Shown piece by piece: positions 51,720-64,000 of a stretch of 64,000 bases of DNA. The notes under the pieces are model-generated. The model was not told the DNA's origin. It made no database searches and was given only the letters and a program-made list of their open reading frames with translations. Position 1 is the first letter of the stretch. Each line of letters opens with the position of its first letter. The stretch is from Lytechinus pictus (lineage: Eukaryota), in contig NC_087245.1 of assembly GCF_037042905.1 (NCBI RefSeq), positions 30,692,001-30,756,000 on the forward strand, read 5' to 3'. The translations under genes were made by a program, and so were the position numbers.

Positions 51720-52372
51720 TATGGCAAGCCATTTGACCCATAAAGGCGATAAACTCAGTTTATCGCCGAAAAACCTAGTTTTTCAATTGAAAAACTAAGT
51801 TTATCGCTGAAAAACTTAGTTTTTTATTTGATAAACTTAGTTTTTCAAAAAAAAAAAAAAAGTTTATCGGCGAAAAACTAGGTTTATCACCGATAAACTA
51901 AGTTTTTCGAGTGAAAAGCAGAGTTTCTTGAAAAACTTAGTTTTTCGACTGATAAACAGAGTTTTTCTAGATAAACTGAGTTTTTCAAGTGATAAACTTA
52001 GTTTATCGGCGAAAAAACTGAGTTTATCGGCGAATCATTATGTTTTTCAAGTGATAAACTTAGTTTTTCAAGTGATAAACTTAGTTTTTTAATTTTGATT
52101 TTGATTAAATCAATTTTTCAATTTCGAATAAGTAGGTTTGTCAATTTCGATACACAATTGAAAAACTAAGTTTATCAAAAAAAAATATATTTATCGAATG
52201 AAAAACTTAGTTTTTCGGCGATAAACTTAGTTTTTCAAGTGATAAACTTAGTTTATCGGCGAAAAACTAAGTTTTTCGATTGAAAAACTAGGTTTTTGGA
52301 TCGAAAAACTAGGTTTTTCGGCGATATATAAAACTGAGTTTATCGCCTTTATGGGTCAAATGGCTTGCCATA
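51720..52372. mobile_element. Foldback MITE directly downstream of the gene C stop codon
   Basis: TIR TATGGCAAGCCATTTGACCCATAAAGGCGATAAACTCAGTTT is perfect at both ends; internal AAACTTAGTTT arrays. Confidence 0.92.
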
Positions 52373-52397
52373 TACGTGATGCAGTGATCCGGCCGCC

Positions 52398-52691
52398 TCA
52401 GACATTCTGGATTTGGCTTGACTTCAGATTCAATGTGACCTCGGAGTCTTCCATCTGAAACCGGCCCTTGATTCCGGAGAGGACCAAGGAGGCCGACCGG
52501 AAACATGGGTCGAAGAAGAGTCGAACCGAGGCCGAGACCAACATACTGCAGATACGGAACCAGAGGAAGGTGTTCTTGATGGCTGGCTGGACGAACCAGA
52601 CGATGAAAAGGTGAGAGACAGCGAAGACGAAGCCCCAGAGGAACGTCATGAATGGAGCCACGATCAGAGACAGGGTGGCATACACCGCGAA
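52398..52691 (-). CDS. CAV: Caveolin-like gene C, coding exon 3
   Basis: atatag acceptor. FAVYATLSLIVAPFMTFLWGFVFAVSHLFIVWFVQP..FFDPCF is clearly paralogous to gene B exon 3. TGA stop at 52400-52398. Confidence 0.93.
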   Translation of the reverse strand, partial: FAVYATLSLIVAPFMTFLWGFVFAVSHLFIVWFVQPAIKNTFLWFRICSMLVSASVRLFFDPCFRSASLVLSGIKGRFQMEDSEVTLNLKSSQIQNV

Positions 52692-52829
52692 CTATATAGA
52701 TGGGTGATATACAAAGTGAAGAATATGAAGGGGAAACTTGATTATTCTTCGTCAAAAAAAAAAAAAACCGGCATTGAATGCAAAGGAAATGGAATGAAAA
52801 AAGCTTCTAGAGGAGAGAGAGATAATTAT

Positions 52830-52857
52830 TGCTACTACTGTATTACTACTACTACTT

Positions 52858-52911
<54 letters not shown>

Positions 52912-53019
52912 CACTACTACCACTAATACTACTACTACTACTACGACGACTACTACGACTACTACTACTTCTACTACTACTACTACTACTACCACTACTA
53001 CCACTGCTACTACTAACTC

Positions 53020-53079
<60 letters not shown>

Positions 53080-53180
53080 TACTACTACTACTACTATTAC
53101 TACTACTACTACTACTACTACTTCCACCACCACCACCACCACCACCACCACTACTACTACTACTAGTACTACTACTACAT
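52830..53180. repeat. (CTA)n/(CCA)n microsatellite
   Basis: Direct inspection; similar tract at 62281-62511. Confidence 0.97.
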
Positions 53181-53392
53181 ACTTTTATCATTATTATCCT
53201 TATCACCATGCATTTTTTTATGTTGTGGATATTTTTATGTCAACAGGGCCGTGTTTAAAAACATCAGCTAGTGTTATCCACGGTGAACATGTTATCCACG
53301 TTATAAAGATGTTTTGATAAATGATTAAAGATAGTGCAATTATCATCATTACTATTGTTATTGTTATCATCATCATCATCATCATTACATAC

Positions 53393-53485
53393 GTGAGTGT
53401 ATTTGTAAATGGAGCTGTTGACATCTTTCATGAAATCGAATCCTCTTGCTGTTTCTGATTCAGTGAAGGTATCTTCAAATGCAAT
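53393..53485 (-). CDS. CAV: Caveolin-like gene C, coding exon 2 (IAFEDTFTESETARGFDFMKDVNSSIYKYTH)
   Basis: ccccttttcag acceptor, GTATGT donor, 93 nt phase 0/0. IAFEDTFTES is the closest of the three to IDFEDVIAEP. Confidence 0.93.
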
Positions 53486-54477
53486 CTGAAAAGGGGGAGA
53501 GAAGGCATCATGTTAAGATGATATGGTGAGATTGCTGACGTACTGTGATTCGAGTTAAAGAAATAATTTTAAAAAGCACATCAAGTTACCTATAGAGTCA
53601 AGTACGACACGGCGCTACATAATTCAGAAATGCGTTATTCCTTAGAAAATAAATGGGATGTAATTTAATTTTCTACTAATCCTCTTCTCTTCGAGCGAAA
53701 GTGGTTTGTTAGAATTCCTCTCTCACTGAAAGTGAAGAAGTTCTTACCTTCCATCGATATTTCAAGTAAAAAAAAAATCAGTTTCAGAATAGATCGATAG
53801 ATTGAACATGTTTAATGTCGCCTATTATGATAAAGCAATTTTCACTTATTGAACCATATTATGTTCATCATGAAATACAAGATGAAAAAAAAAAGCTGCT
53901 ATACCATCCTCAGCGCGAAAGGTGGAATATCTCGCTTTTCATCAATTTCTAATGAAATAAGACATCTATAGAATAATTAATTTTGGGGGCTACTGAAGGC
54001 GTAACCATCCAGAAATAGAAGTGACCAAATACAGTTGGATGAAAGGGGGATATTGCCAAATGTGACTATCTTTTGTATTTTTTTCACCCGACCCCCCCCC
54101 CTCCCCACCCGTTTCAAATTCAAAAAACATCCTCCACGATATAATACACAAATGATCTTACAAAGCCATTTGCTTTTTTTAATGAATAAATTTGTCCTAT
54201 CACTTGCTGAATTTGAATGCTTTCCAAAACACACTATATTCTATTTTACGAGTCAACGCAACGAGCGAGGAAAGTAGTGCCTTTCAGCACGAACAGAAAT
54301 ACTCAAACAGATTATGTCGATTACATTATAATACCATTAAAAAATATTTGCCGATCAAATTGTTTGTGTTCCTACCAGCGAGCGGAGTGAGAAAACGAAA
54401 AAAAAAAACTACAAGATTTGTTCCCCCAAACACTGCATGAAAATGATAATATAAACTTCTCAAAATTTTTTTTGGAA

Positions 54478-54962
54478 ATCTGACTTTGATCGATAATTCC
54501 TCCTCAGTTTTAGTAAATATCAATGGACAATTAATATCAATAAATAGATCATTTAATTTTCTTTAAAATGTTACCCTACATGATATGATTATGGTTCACA
54601 TGGAGGTGCAGTGCCTTGAAATGTGGGGCAAGGTCAAAATTCAAAAGTTGCAAAATGATACAATATTGAAAGTTACTGTTCTTTTTTCCTTGGTGATGAG
54701 TGAGTTTCTCAGCGGTTTCTTTTGACTTTGATCGATAATCCCTCCTTGGTTTTAGTAAATATCAATGTGTAATTAATCTCAATGAATAGATCATTTAATT
54801 CTCTTTAAAATGATACTTGACATGATATGATTATGGTTCACATAGAGGTGCAGTGCCTTGAAACGTGGGGCAAGGTCAAATTCAAAAGTTGCAAAATGAC
54901 ACAAAATTGAAAGTCACTGTACTTTTTTCCGTGGTGATGAATAAGTTTCTCAGCGGTTTCTT
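54478..54962. repeat. Tandem duplication, 2 x ~243 bp, in a gene C intron
   Basis: TGACTTTGATCGATAAT..AGTTTCTCAGCGGTTTCTTTT occurs twice; a second 2 x ~197 bp duplication lies at 55180-55576. Confidence 0.9.
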
Positions 54963-55612
54963 TTAATTGTTTTCATGCACCTTAACATCAACATTAACAT
55001 GAAATCAAACACACCTCTGCACAAGCAAACACATAAAAAACAAACTCATCACTACATAAACCACAACAAAACATAAAAAATGGAGAAGCAGGGGCTTAAT
55101 TTGAATGGATTTCATCTCTGTTGACACAGACCCCACACAGACAAAAGAATCATGTCCTGTATTGACCCTTCATGACTATTTCTGCTCGTTTTGCAGCTTT
55201 TCAATTCAGACCTCATCCAACACTTTTGAATCCTGCTCTTTTCGTGATGGCATGATCATAACAAGCATGGTATCATTTTAAAGATATTTAAATGATCTTT
55301 TGAATAATATCAAACATGCATTGTGTAAAATTTGGAGTTGGGAGAAATTAATGGCCAAACTCAGATTTCCAAACTTTATTTTGCTCGTTTTGCAGATTTT
55401 TAATTCAGACTTCATCCAACTCTTTTGAATCCTGCTCTTTTTTGTGATGGTATGATCATAACAAGCATGGTATCATTTTAAAGAAAATTAAGTGATTTTG
55501 TGAATGATTTCAAATATGCATTGTGTATAATTTGTAGTTGGGAGAAATTAATGGCCAAACTCAGATTTCCAAACTTTTTTTGAGGGGCTTATGACAAAAA
55601 AAAAGCACATAC

Positions 55613-55798
55613 CTCGATGTGTGGAGTAAGCGCGTAGATATCATTTGGATCCGGTTCTTCTTCGCTAGGGGCCATTTTTGTTGCTGGTGGAAACGAGCTC
55701 TGATGTGTGTTAAGAATTGGGGGAGGGCCGGTAGGTCCGTTGCTAGCCCCGTATTGAGGGTAGGCTGTGGTGCTCGGCATATTTTTCTTCTCATCCAT
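55613..55798 (-). CDS. CAV: Caveolin-like gene C, coding exon 1 (62 aa, MDEKKNMP..PNDIYALTPHIE)
   Basis: First in-frame ATG at 55798; exon acceptor ttttccctttcag opens the exon at 55889; GTATGT donor at 55612. Joined CDS 55798-55613, 53485-53393, 52691-52398 = 190 aa. Confidence 0.87.
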
Positions 55799-56073
55799 TT
55801 TCCTTTCTTCCCTCTGACTTTTCTGATTGGCATTCACCGATATCTAAATGTGTTTTTTTCTTCTTCAAACCCTGATACTTGTGTTTTTCCTGAAAGGGAA
55901 AACCAATATTCGAAAAGCGAAATAATTCGATATAATGCCATAAAATAGAAGGGGGTGGAGAGAGGGTTGTACAAGGAATCCCCCCAGAAAAAAGGTGTGT
56001 GTGTGCGTGCGTGTAAGACAGAGATAGGAATAACAGAGTAGTAGAAGCCGTAGTAGTAGTAGTAGTAGTAGTA

Positions 56074-56335
56074 GGGGGCGTCGTGGTCTAGTGGTTACGA
56101 ATCTCGTCTTTCAATGAGAGGGATGTGGGTTCGAATCTCAACCACGGCGTATTTATATCCCCATTGTGCTGCACTCAACCCAAGTGAGGTGAATGGGTAC
56201 CCGGCATGATTTAATTCATTGAATGCACCAAACCGGGGTAATATATAGTGCGCCATCAAATAGGAAACTCGATAAATCGGCGCCTCATAAATGCTATATA
56301 TTATTATTATTATTAGTAGTAGTAGTAGTAGTAGT
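56074..56335 (+). mobile_element. tRNA-derived SINE with conserved central domain and (ATT/AGT)n tail
   Basis: A box GTGGTCTAGTGG, B box GGTTCGAATC, core CACTCAACCCAAGTGAGGTGAATGGGTACCCGGC, LINE-like 3' tail. Confidence 0.85.
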
Positions 56336-56465
56336 AATAGGCGGAGGAGAAGGAGAAGAAAAAAAGAAGCAGAAGAAGGAGGAAAGAGAGACAGAACACA
56401 ATTTGAAAGAAAAACAGCAGATACGTTGCGGTAGGAAAAATAGGTAGACAATAAGTATATGGAGC

Positions 56466-56732
56466 CACTGGCGGATCCAGGGGGGGGGGGGGGGCAAAGC
56501 CAGCCCATGCCCCCCTTTTGAGAGGCACAATTAAACTTTGTAGTGTCAAAATGCCATTGAAATAGAAATGTGCCCCCTCCCCCCCTTTGAACGTGAAGAC
56601 CCCTTTTTTATTTGCTTGTCAAACTTTTTCGTGGACGAAATGTCCTTGACTTTTGGTTAAAAACCTTTTTTTCCTGTAAAATTTTTCCTCGGGAAAATGT
56701 GCCCCTTTCGGAAAATCCTGGATCCGCCCCTG
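56466..56732. mobile_element. hAT-like MITE
   Basis: CACTGGCGGATCCAGG..CCTGGATCCGCCCCTG, 8-bp TSD TATGGAGC. Confidence 0.88.
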
Positions 56733-56900
56733 TATGGAGCAAGAGAGAGAGAGAGATAGATCAACATATAGATAGATAGATAGACAGACAGAGAGAGAAT
56801 GAGACAATATTTTATATCAAATTACACAATGAGCAATATGATAAAATTCGATAGGCCTACAAATCGGTATGTATAAATCAAAAGAAAGTTAAATACTTAC

Positions 56901-57100
56901 AATCGACAGAACTGATGGACATGGATTTATTTACTAAAAGAACACCAGTCGCATTCGTAACAAAAAATATTTTGCGAATTCAGTATCACCACAAAATTTA
57001 TGTTTAACAAAAGAATAAATTTGTTTCACGATATAATCCGTACGTTTTATCGTGGACCGTTCGCAAGTTGACGATGATATTTATAGTTGGTTGTCATACA
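56901..57100 (-). promoter_or_regulatory. Candidate non-coding first exon and promoter of caveolin-like gene C
   Basis: GTAAGT donor on - at 56900; TATAAA on - at 57085-57080 preceded by ATGACAAC. Confidence 0.45.
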
Positions 57101-57258
57101 TTATCCAGACTTGGTTAATCATAAATAGAAAAATTGTGTGATAACCCAAATATCATAAACAATGAACAAGAGAGAGAGAGAGAGAGAGACGAAAGGTCTT
57201 GTAATAACTAATGAACCTTGGACTGCCTTATATGATTTGGCCTAATTTCTCTTCAATA

Positions 57259-60200
57259 ATATTAAGGCGTGGGTTTACTATTTGGTAGGTTATTAATTCA
57301 AGAATTCAAAGTTCGAGATGGACGAGTCAGCTGATCCATATATTGACCAAGATATTAATATCGATGATTATATTATTAATAGTGATGTGAAATGGAAGAA
57401 TGACGATCAATGCAAGGGCACACGGGGCCCCTAGAGTTGCTCGCTGACATTCGGTTTTACACCTTGGCAATTCCCTTACATACATTGGTTAGGTTTGATT
57501 CGATTAAAAAAGAAATGTCCGTGATATGTTTAAAAATTTAGCCAAGCAAAATGCACCTGAAAATCATAATTTTAAAAAAGTGAAAAATAAACAAACCATA
57601 AACACCGTCCCAAAACTATCATGACTTGTATCATAATTATTAATGTCCCCATAATATTAGTTCATATGATGATTTTTTTTTTCCGGTCACATTTATCTTA
57701 GAAGTCTTTATACGAAATTGATTTTTTCTTGAGTGTTAATCCACGTGAACAATATTAAATACAGCAAAATCAATTAATAATAAGAATTTTGTAATATTAC
57801 CCTAATTCTTTGAGGCTAAAACCGATCATAAGAAGACTGGTCTACAGCTATTTGTTTAAATAATCAAACGACATAGGCCATCATATATGAATGAATACAA
57901 TAAGTGATCAAAATGATAAAAAATAGAATAATGCAAAAATAGATTCATGTATATGTGTTATTGTAATTCAATTCATGAAATATCATTGACATGTCTATCA
58001 ATTTTTTTATCGAATATGAATACAATATCCAGGCCAATTAGTGCATGGAATGAATCAAAACGTATATGTGAATAGCTTAGAAATCAATTGGAAATTGATC
58101 ATTAAATTACTTTCTTAATCACTCAATTAGAAGTAAATCTATTTGTATCATGTATGGGTCACAGAAATATGTATGTCAGCAAGGGGGTCTGGGATGGCGC
58201 CCCTTTCACATAGAGTGATGTAAAAAGCTCGAAATTCCATGCGCCCCCCCCCCCTCCCCCGGAAAAGTGTCTGGACTGGTGCGTGAGGGTAGAAGTGTGG
58301 GAGGGTGTGTGTGTGGGTTGTCTGTGTAATTATGAGAGAGAGAGAGAAGGAAAGAATGGAAAGTGAGAAGTAAAAGAAAGGGGGAGACAGAGAGTAAAGG
58401 GGGGGGGGAAGATGGTATTTTGTTGTAAATTTGTGGGTATACATATTTCATCATGATTCAAATCAAGGATAAGCGTCAGACCTCAATCTCATATTAAGGC
58501 GTGGGTCTACTATTAGGTAGGGTATTAATTCAAGAATTCAAAGTTCGAGATGGACGAGTCAGCATGATCCATATTGACCAAGATATTAATATCGATGATT
58601 ATATCTATAATAGTGATGTGAAATTGAAGAAAGACGATCAGTGCAAGGGCACACGAGGCCCTTAGAGTTTTGTTCGCTGACATTCGGTTTTACACTTTGG
58701 TAATTCCCGGTTAGGTTTGATTCGATTAAAAAAGAATAGGTATGAGCTGCAAGGTCGCATTTGTCACCTATGTCCGTGATATGTTCAGATGTTGTAAATA
58801 TTTAGCCCAGCAAAATGCACCTGAAAATAATTAAAAAAATGAAAAATAAACAGACCGTAAACACCGTCCCAAAACTAACATGACTTGTATCATATTTATT
58901 AAATGTCCCCATAAAATTAGTTGATATGATCATTTTTTTTTCGGTCATATTTATCTTGGAAGTGTTTGCACGAAATCGATTTTTCCTGAGTTGTTTTTAA
59001 ATCCATGTGAACAATATTATATACGACACAATTCAATTAATATCAGCATTTTTTGTGAAGACTTTTGAAACGTTACCCAATTCTTTAAAGCTAAAACGGA
59101 TCATAAGAAGATTGGTCTACAGCTTTCAGAAAGTGATTTTAGCTGTTGCCAGATCAGTCCACTGGAAACATTATTTCTTTAAATAAAAAAAAAATAGGTC
59201 ATCATATATGAATGAATACAATAAGTGATCAAAATGATAAAAAATAGAATGCATGAATAAATTCATGTATATGCTTTTGTAATTCAATTCATGAAATATC
59301 ATTGACATGTCTATCAAATTTTTTTCGATTATGAATACAATATCCAGGCCAATTAGTGCATGGAATGAATCAAAACGTATATGTGAATAGCTTAGAAATC
59401 AATTGGAAATTGATCATAGAATTACTTTCTTAATCACTCAGTTAGAAGTAAATTTATTTGTGTCATATATGGGTCACAGAAATATGTATGTCAGCAAGGG
59501 GGGTCGGGGATGGCGCCCCTTTCACATAGAGTGATGTAAAAAGCTCGAAATTCCATGCGCCCCCCTCCCCCGGAAAAGTGTCTGGACTGGTGCGTGAGGG
59601 TAGAAGTGTGGGAGGGTGTGTGTGTGTGTGGGTTGTCTGTGTAATTATGAGAGAAAGAAGTAAATAATGGAAAGTGAGAAGGAAAAGAAAGGGGGAGACA
59701 GAGAGTAAAGGGGGGGGGGCAAGATGGTATTTTGTTCTAAATTTGTGGGTTTACATATTTCATCAGGATTCAAATCAAGGATAAGCGTCAGACCTCAATC
59801 TCATATTAAGGCGTGGGTCTACTATTTGGTAGGGTATTAATTCAAGAATTCAAAGTTCGAGATGGACGAGTCAGCTGATCCATATTGACCAAGATATTAA
59901 TATCGATGATTATATCTATAATAGTGATGTGAAATTGAAGAATGACGATCAGTGCAAGTGCACACGAGGCCCCTAGAGTTTTGTTCGCTGACATTCGGTT
60001 TTACACTTCGGTAATTCCCTTAAAGACATTGGTTAGGTTTGATTCGATTAAAAAAGAAAAGGTCTGAGCTGCAAGGTCGCATTTGTCACCTATGTCCGTG
60101 ATATGTTGTAAATATTTAGCCCAGCAAAATGCACCTGAAAACAATTTAAAAAATGAAAAATAAACAGACCGTAAACACCGTCCCAAAACTAACATGACTT

Positions 60201-61114
60201 GTATCATATTTATTAAATGTCCCCATATAATTAGTTGATATGATCATTTTTTTCGGTCATATTTATCTTGGAAGTGTTTGCACGAAATCGATTTTTCCTG
60301 AGTTGTTTTTGAATCCATGTGAACAATATTATATACGACACAATTCAATTAATATAAGCATTTCTTTGTGAAGACTTTTGAAACGTTACCCAATTCTTTA
60401 AAGCTAAAACCGATCATAAGAAGTTTGGTCTACAGCTTTCAGAAAGTGATTTTATCTGTTGCCAGATCAGTCCACTGGAAACACTATTTGTTTAAAAAAA
60501 AAAAAAACATAGGCCATCATATATGAATGAATACAATAAGTGATCAAAATTATAAAAATAGAATAATGCATAAATAAATTCATGTATATGTGTTATTGTA
60601 ATTCAATTCATGAAATATCATTGACATTTCTATCAATTTTTTTCGAATATGAATACAATATCCAGGCCAATTAGTGCATGGAATGAATCAAAACGTATAC
60701 GTGAATAGCTTAGAAATCAATTGGAAATTGATCATTAAATTACTTTCTTAATCACTCAATTAGAAGTAAATCTATCTGTGTCATATATGGGTCACAGAAA
60801 TATGTATGTCAGCAAGGGGGGGTCGGGGATGGCGCCCCTTTCACATAGAGTGATGTAAAAAGCTCGAAATTCCATGCGCCCCCCCCCCTCCCCTGGAAAA
60901 GTGTCTGGACTGGTGCGTGAGGGTAGAAGTGTGGGAGGGTGTGTGTGTGTGTGAGTTGTCTGTGTAATTATGAGAGAGACAAGTAAAGAATGGAAAGTGA
61001 GGAAAAGAAAGGGGGAGACAGAGAGTAAGGGGGACGATGGTATTTTGTTGTAAATTTGTGGGTATATATATTTCATCAGGATTCAAATCAAGGATAAGCG
61101 TCAGACCTCAATCT
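57259..61114. repeat. Tandem triplication of a ~1.3 kb non-coding unit
   Basis: Units start with ATATTAAGGCGTGGGT at 57259, 58491 and 59803 and end with TCAGACCTCAATCT. Copy 1 lacks two blocks present in copies 2 and 3. Confidence 0.97.
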
Positions 61115-61499
61115 TATAATCAGGAACTTAATAATGAATTGCCTATTATCCATTGATTTTGTTCTTTTTGTTGAATATTAGCATTGTCCAAAGACAGTCG
61201 TTTTTTATTGGGGCATGGTTTATAAAACTATGGGAAATTATGATAAAATTTTATTTATCATTCATTAATGGTGTTTTCAATAATATGTAAATGGTATAAA
61301 ATGTCAATTATCATGACAAAATTATCTGCAACTTCACTTGACAGTACTGTCAAGTTAGGTTGTTATTCATTGACAACTAGCTACCACGGTAAATAAAACA
61401 TATTTGTCTGCCTAGCAAAACCACAGACAAAATTAAACTCTTCGATTGAAACTTGTCATGGTCGAAGACCCCTTCAGTGTCTTTGTTATAGCTATAGCT

Positions 61500-61838
61500 G
61501 CTGCTACATTCATTAGCTCTGCGCATGCTCAAAGTAGATTTAAGGAGCTCGTTTTATAAAATAATTACAAATTTGCAATGTCAGTTTAAAGCTAATAAAT
61601 TCATTCAATTTCATTGGCTGATAGTAGATTTGTCATAGAAACTGTGCATGAAACCGGACCGATTAGTGACGCGCTCGCCAACCCGCTATTGTTGACGTCA
61701 ACAAAACCATGCGCGCGCATACTTTTGTTTACAGCTAGCTAGTGCTTGCTACAGCGCTCATTATCACTTATCTTGACATTTTCGGATGCGTGTTTTCTTT
61801 ATTCTCCTCGGTGACTTTGATCGATATAATTATCAATC
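61500..61838 (+). promoter_or_regulatory. CpG-rich promoter of an unidentified + strand gene
   Basis: NRF1-like TGCGCATGC (~61520), reverse CCAAT (~61613), CRE inside the 16-bp palindrome TTGTTGACGTCAACAA (61689-61704), ATGCGCGCGCAT. Confidence 0.55.
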
Positions 61839-61900
61839 ATGTCGCATCTATTCGAGACTCATTCAGAACGAAACCTCGTCGGGCATACTAACCTCTCTCG
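61839..61900 (+). CDS. Candidate first coding exon (MSHLFETHSERNLVGHTNLSR) of an unidentified gene
   Basis: ATG in good context (AATCATGT) downstream of the promoter, open to G|GTATGA at 61901. No homology recognised. Confidence 0.35.
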
Positions 61901-62287
61901 GTATGAAACTGATGTGATATTATTTGTTTTGTTGCTGTTGTCAAATTCAAGAATAATATTGATAAAGTTATAGTTTACCAGTAGCACACTCATATTACCC
62001 CCCCCCTCCTATCGAAGTTAGAAGTATACATGCTTCACTTTTGACTTGTATTGATATTGTTTCCTTGGAGAAGTCGGAACCCTAAATTCATTTGAAGCAT
62101 TTTTTAAAGAAAAAAGCTAAATACTGAATTCAGAAAATAACTTAGCATTTTTTTAAAGCGTTAAAAAAAGATTGATGACGACGACAACGGTGATTATGAT
62201 GACAGATAAATAATGATGTGATGACGAGTGCGTGATAATATTATCGGTTAAGTGATAAGGTTTATGTATTTATTGGTAGGATTACTA

Positions 62288-62319
<32 letters not shown>

Positions 62320-62511
62320 TCTTACTACTACTACTTCTACTACTGGGCTACTACTGCTACAGTACTACTATACTGCCACCGCTGCTGCTTCAACTACTTC
62401 TATCAAACCCACCACTACTACTACTACTACTACTATTATTATCATTACTAATATACTACTACTACTACTACTATTACTAGGACCACCACCACTACTATTA
62501 CTACTACTACT

Positions 62512-63850
62512 CAGGGGCGGAAATCTCTCCCAAAAGGTAGGGGGGACACAGGGGAGGATCCATCATCCAGCCTTCGTCACTAGGGGGGGGGGAATTTGTT
62601 TCAGCCATATTTTCCCCGATCGGCAGCTCGAAGATGATTTTTGTTTGTTTCTTTGAAGGGGTAGTCCTCATTGGTCACAGCTTTATTCATATAAATTAAT
62701 ATATATCATAATCCTTATTTATATGATGCGAGCGCGAAGCGCGAGCTAATTTTTTTTGGAAATTTTAAGTATTTTTTTCCTAAAATTTGAACTGATTCTG
62801 GGCAATATTTGTTATCCTGAAAAAAATGTGTATGCTACTTAATAATTACTACGAACGCAAAGCGCTAGCAGAAATGAACTGATGGAAAAGATACCTGTTA
62901 AAGTAGCATTTAACAATCAAATAATGCGAGCGCAAAGCGCGAGCTGATTTTTTTTTTTACATTTTCACCTAAAGAATGGAAATTATAAGCACTTTTTGTA
63001 ACTCAAGCAGTAAAGGTATAAAAGTAAACAATTAATGCGAGCGCTAAGCGCGAGCGGAAAATTTCGAGATTTAGTTTTGTAAATCCTGAAAAGGATGAGT
63101 ATTAATAATGTGAGCGCAAAGCGCGAGCAGAAAATTGTTATATACGTTTTGAACTGGTACCTGTTGAAAAGGTATCTGTTAAGGACTGCTTGCACTTAGC
63201 CATGAAGGCGTTCATATTTCAACAATCAAAAAATGCGAGCGCGAAGCGCGAGCTTAAAATTTTTGAACTTTCTAAAGAAAGAATGGAAATTTTTAATCAG
63301 TTTTTGTAATCGTGAACAGGATAGCTATGTAATTTAACGATTGATGCGAGCGCGAAGCACGGGTGGAAAAAAAATCGAGATTTAGACCTAGAAATGGGCC
63401 ACTCTGTTCATGTTTTGTAAATCATCAAAAGGATCATGAGTAATATGGGGTCTTCCTACTTTAATAATTCGAGCACAAAGCGCGAGCAGAAAATGTTTGA
63501 TATTGTGATCTGAAACTGGATGATTTAAATTAGAGAACAAGTTGAGTATCTGAATAAACATGCGCGAGCGTGTTTCATATTTAGACCTAGAATCTAGGCA
63601 TTCTAAATACAACTTTAATCATGAAAATCATGAAACTTTGATATTCCGATCTGAAAAAAGAATCAATTTCAGCTTTATATTCAAGCACTTTGTAGAAAAT
63701 TGTAAGGTGGATATGGATCGCACTTAAAAAAGAGCTGATATTATTATTACTTTGAGTATTGACATAGGACCGGGACATCCTTACGACATGTCATCATATG
63801 AAAATGATGACTATCTTCCTATTCCTCTTGCGAAGCGCGAGATGAAACAA
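62512..63850. mobile_element. TIR element of the same family as 11670-12846
   Basis: CAGGGG..GGATCC start and periodic GCGAGCGCGAAGCGCGAGC repeats. Confidence 0.75.
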
Positions 63851-63884
63851 AAGAGACAATTTGATTATTAAATTAGTATCATAT

Positions 63885-64000
63885 TTATTAATAATAATAA
63901 TAATAATAATAATAGTTGGATTTATAAAGCGCTTTTTGCCAGAGGATACAAAGCGCTGCTATTATTACCCCGGCTTTAGCTCGAGCTACCATCACCGGTC
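63885..64000 (-). mobile_element. SINE 3' tail inserted on the minus strand (runs off the window)
   Basis: (AAT)n followed by AAAGCGCT..TATTATTACCCCGG, the reverse complement of the tail type seen at 47331-47430. Confidence 0.65.

Noticed and set aside
57317..57435. 38-aa ORF in the triplicated unit
   Set aside because: Frameshifted or stopped early in copies 2 and 3, so not conserved.

Overview
AT-rich, repeat-dense animal genomic DNA with spliceosomal introns; the repeat landscape suggests an echinoderm/sea urchin (inference). The main content is a cluster of three intact but strongly divergent caveolin-family paralogues: A on + (20247-28477, 200 aa), B on - (41897-37242, 186 aa) and C on - (55798-52398, 190 aa). 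All three have three phase-0 coding exons and a candidate non-coding first exon, and all replace the FEDVIAEP signature with (F/Y)xxTFxES. The left 11.5 kb holds a minus-strand row of splice-site-bounded fragments of unrelated genes behind a candidate promoter: one Argonaute N-domain exon, two stop-containing exons resembling a RIG-I/MDA5 C-terminal domain, and a broken zinc finger. Also present are one intact tRNA-Gly(GCC), a 3 x ~1.3 kb tandem triplication between two divergent promoters and a candidate first exon of an unidentified + strand gene near 61.8 kb. Repeats include many non-autonomous DNA elements (hAT-like, Kolobok-like, Tc1/mariner-like, Harbinger-like, Helentron/HINE-like, foldback), tRNA-derived SINEs, LINE and Penelope remnants and long trinucleotide microsatellites. 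All calls were made by eye, without database searches.
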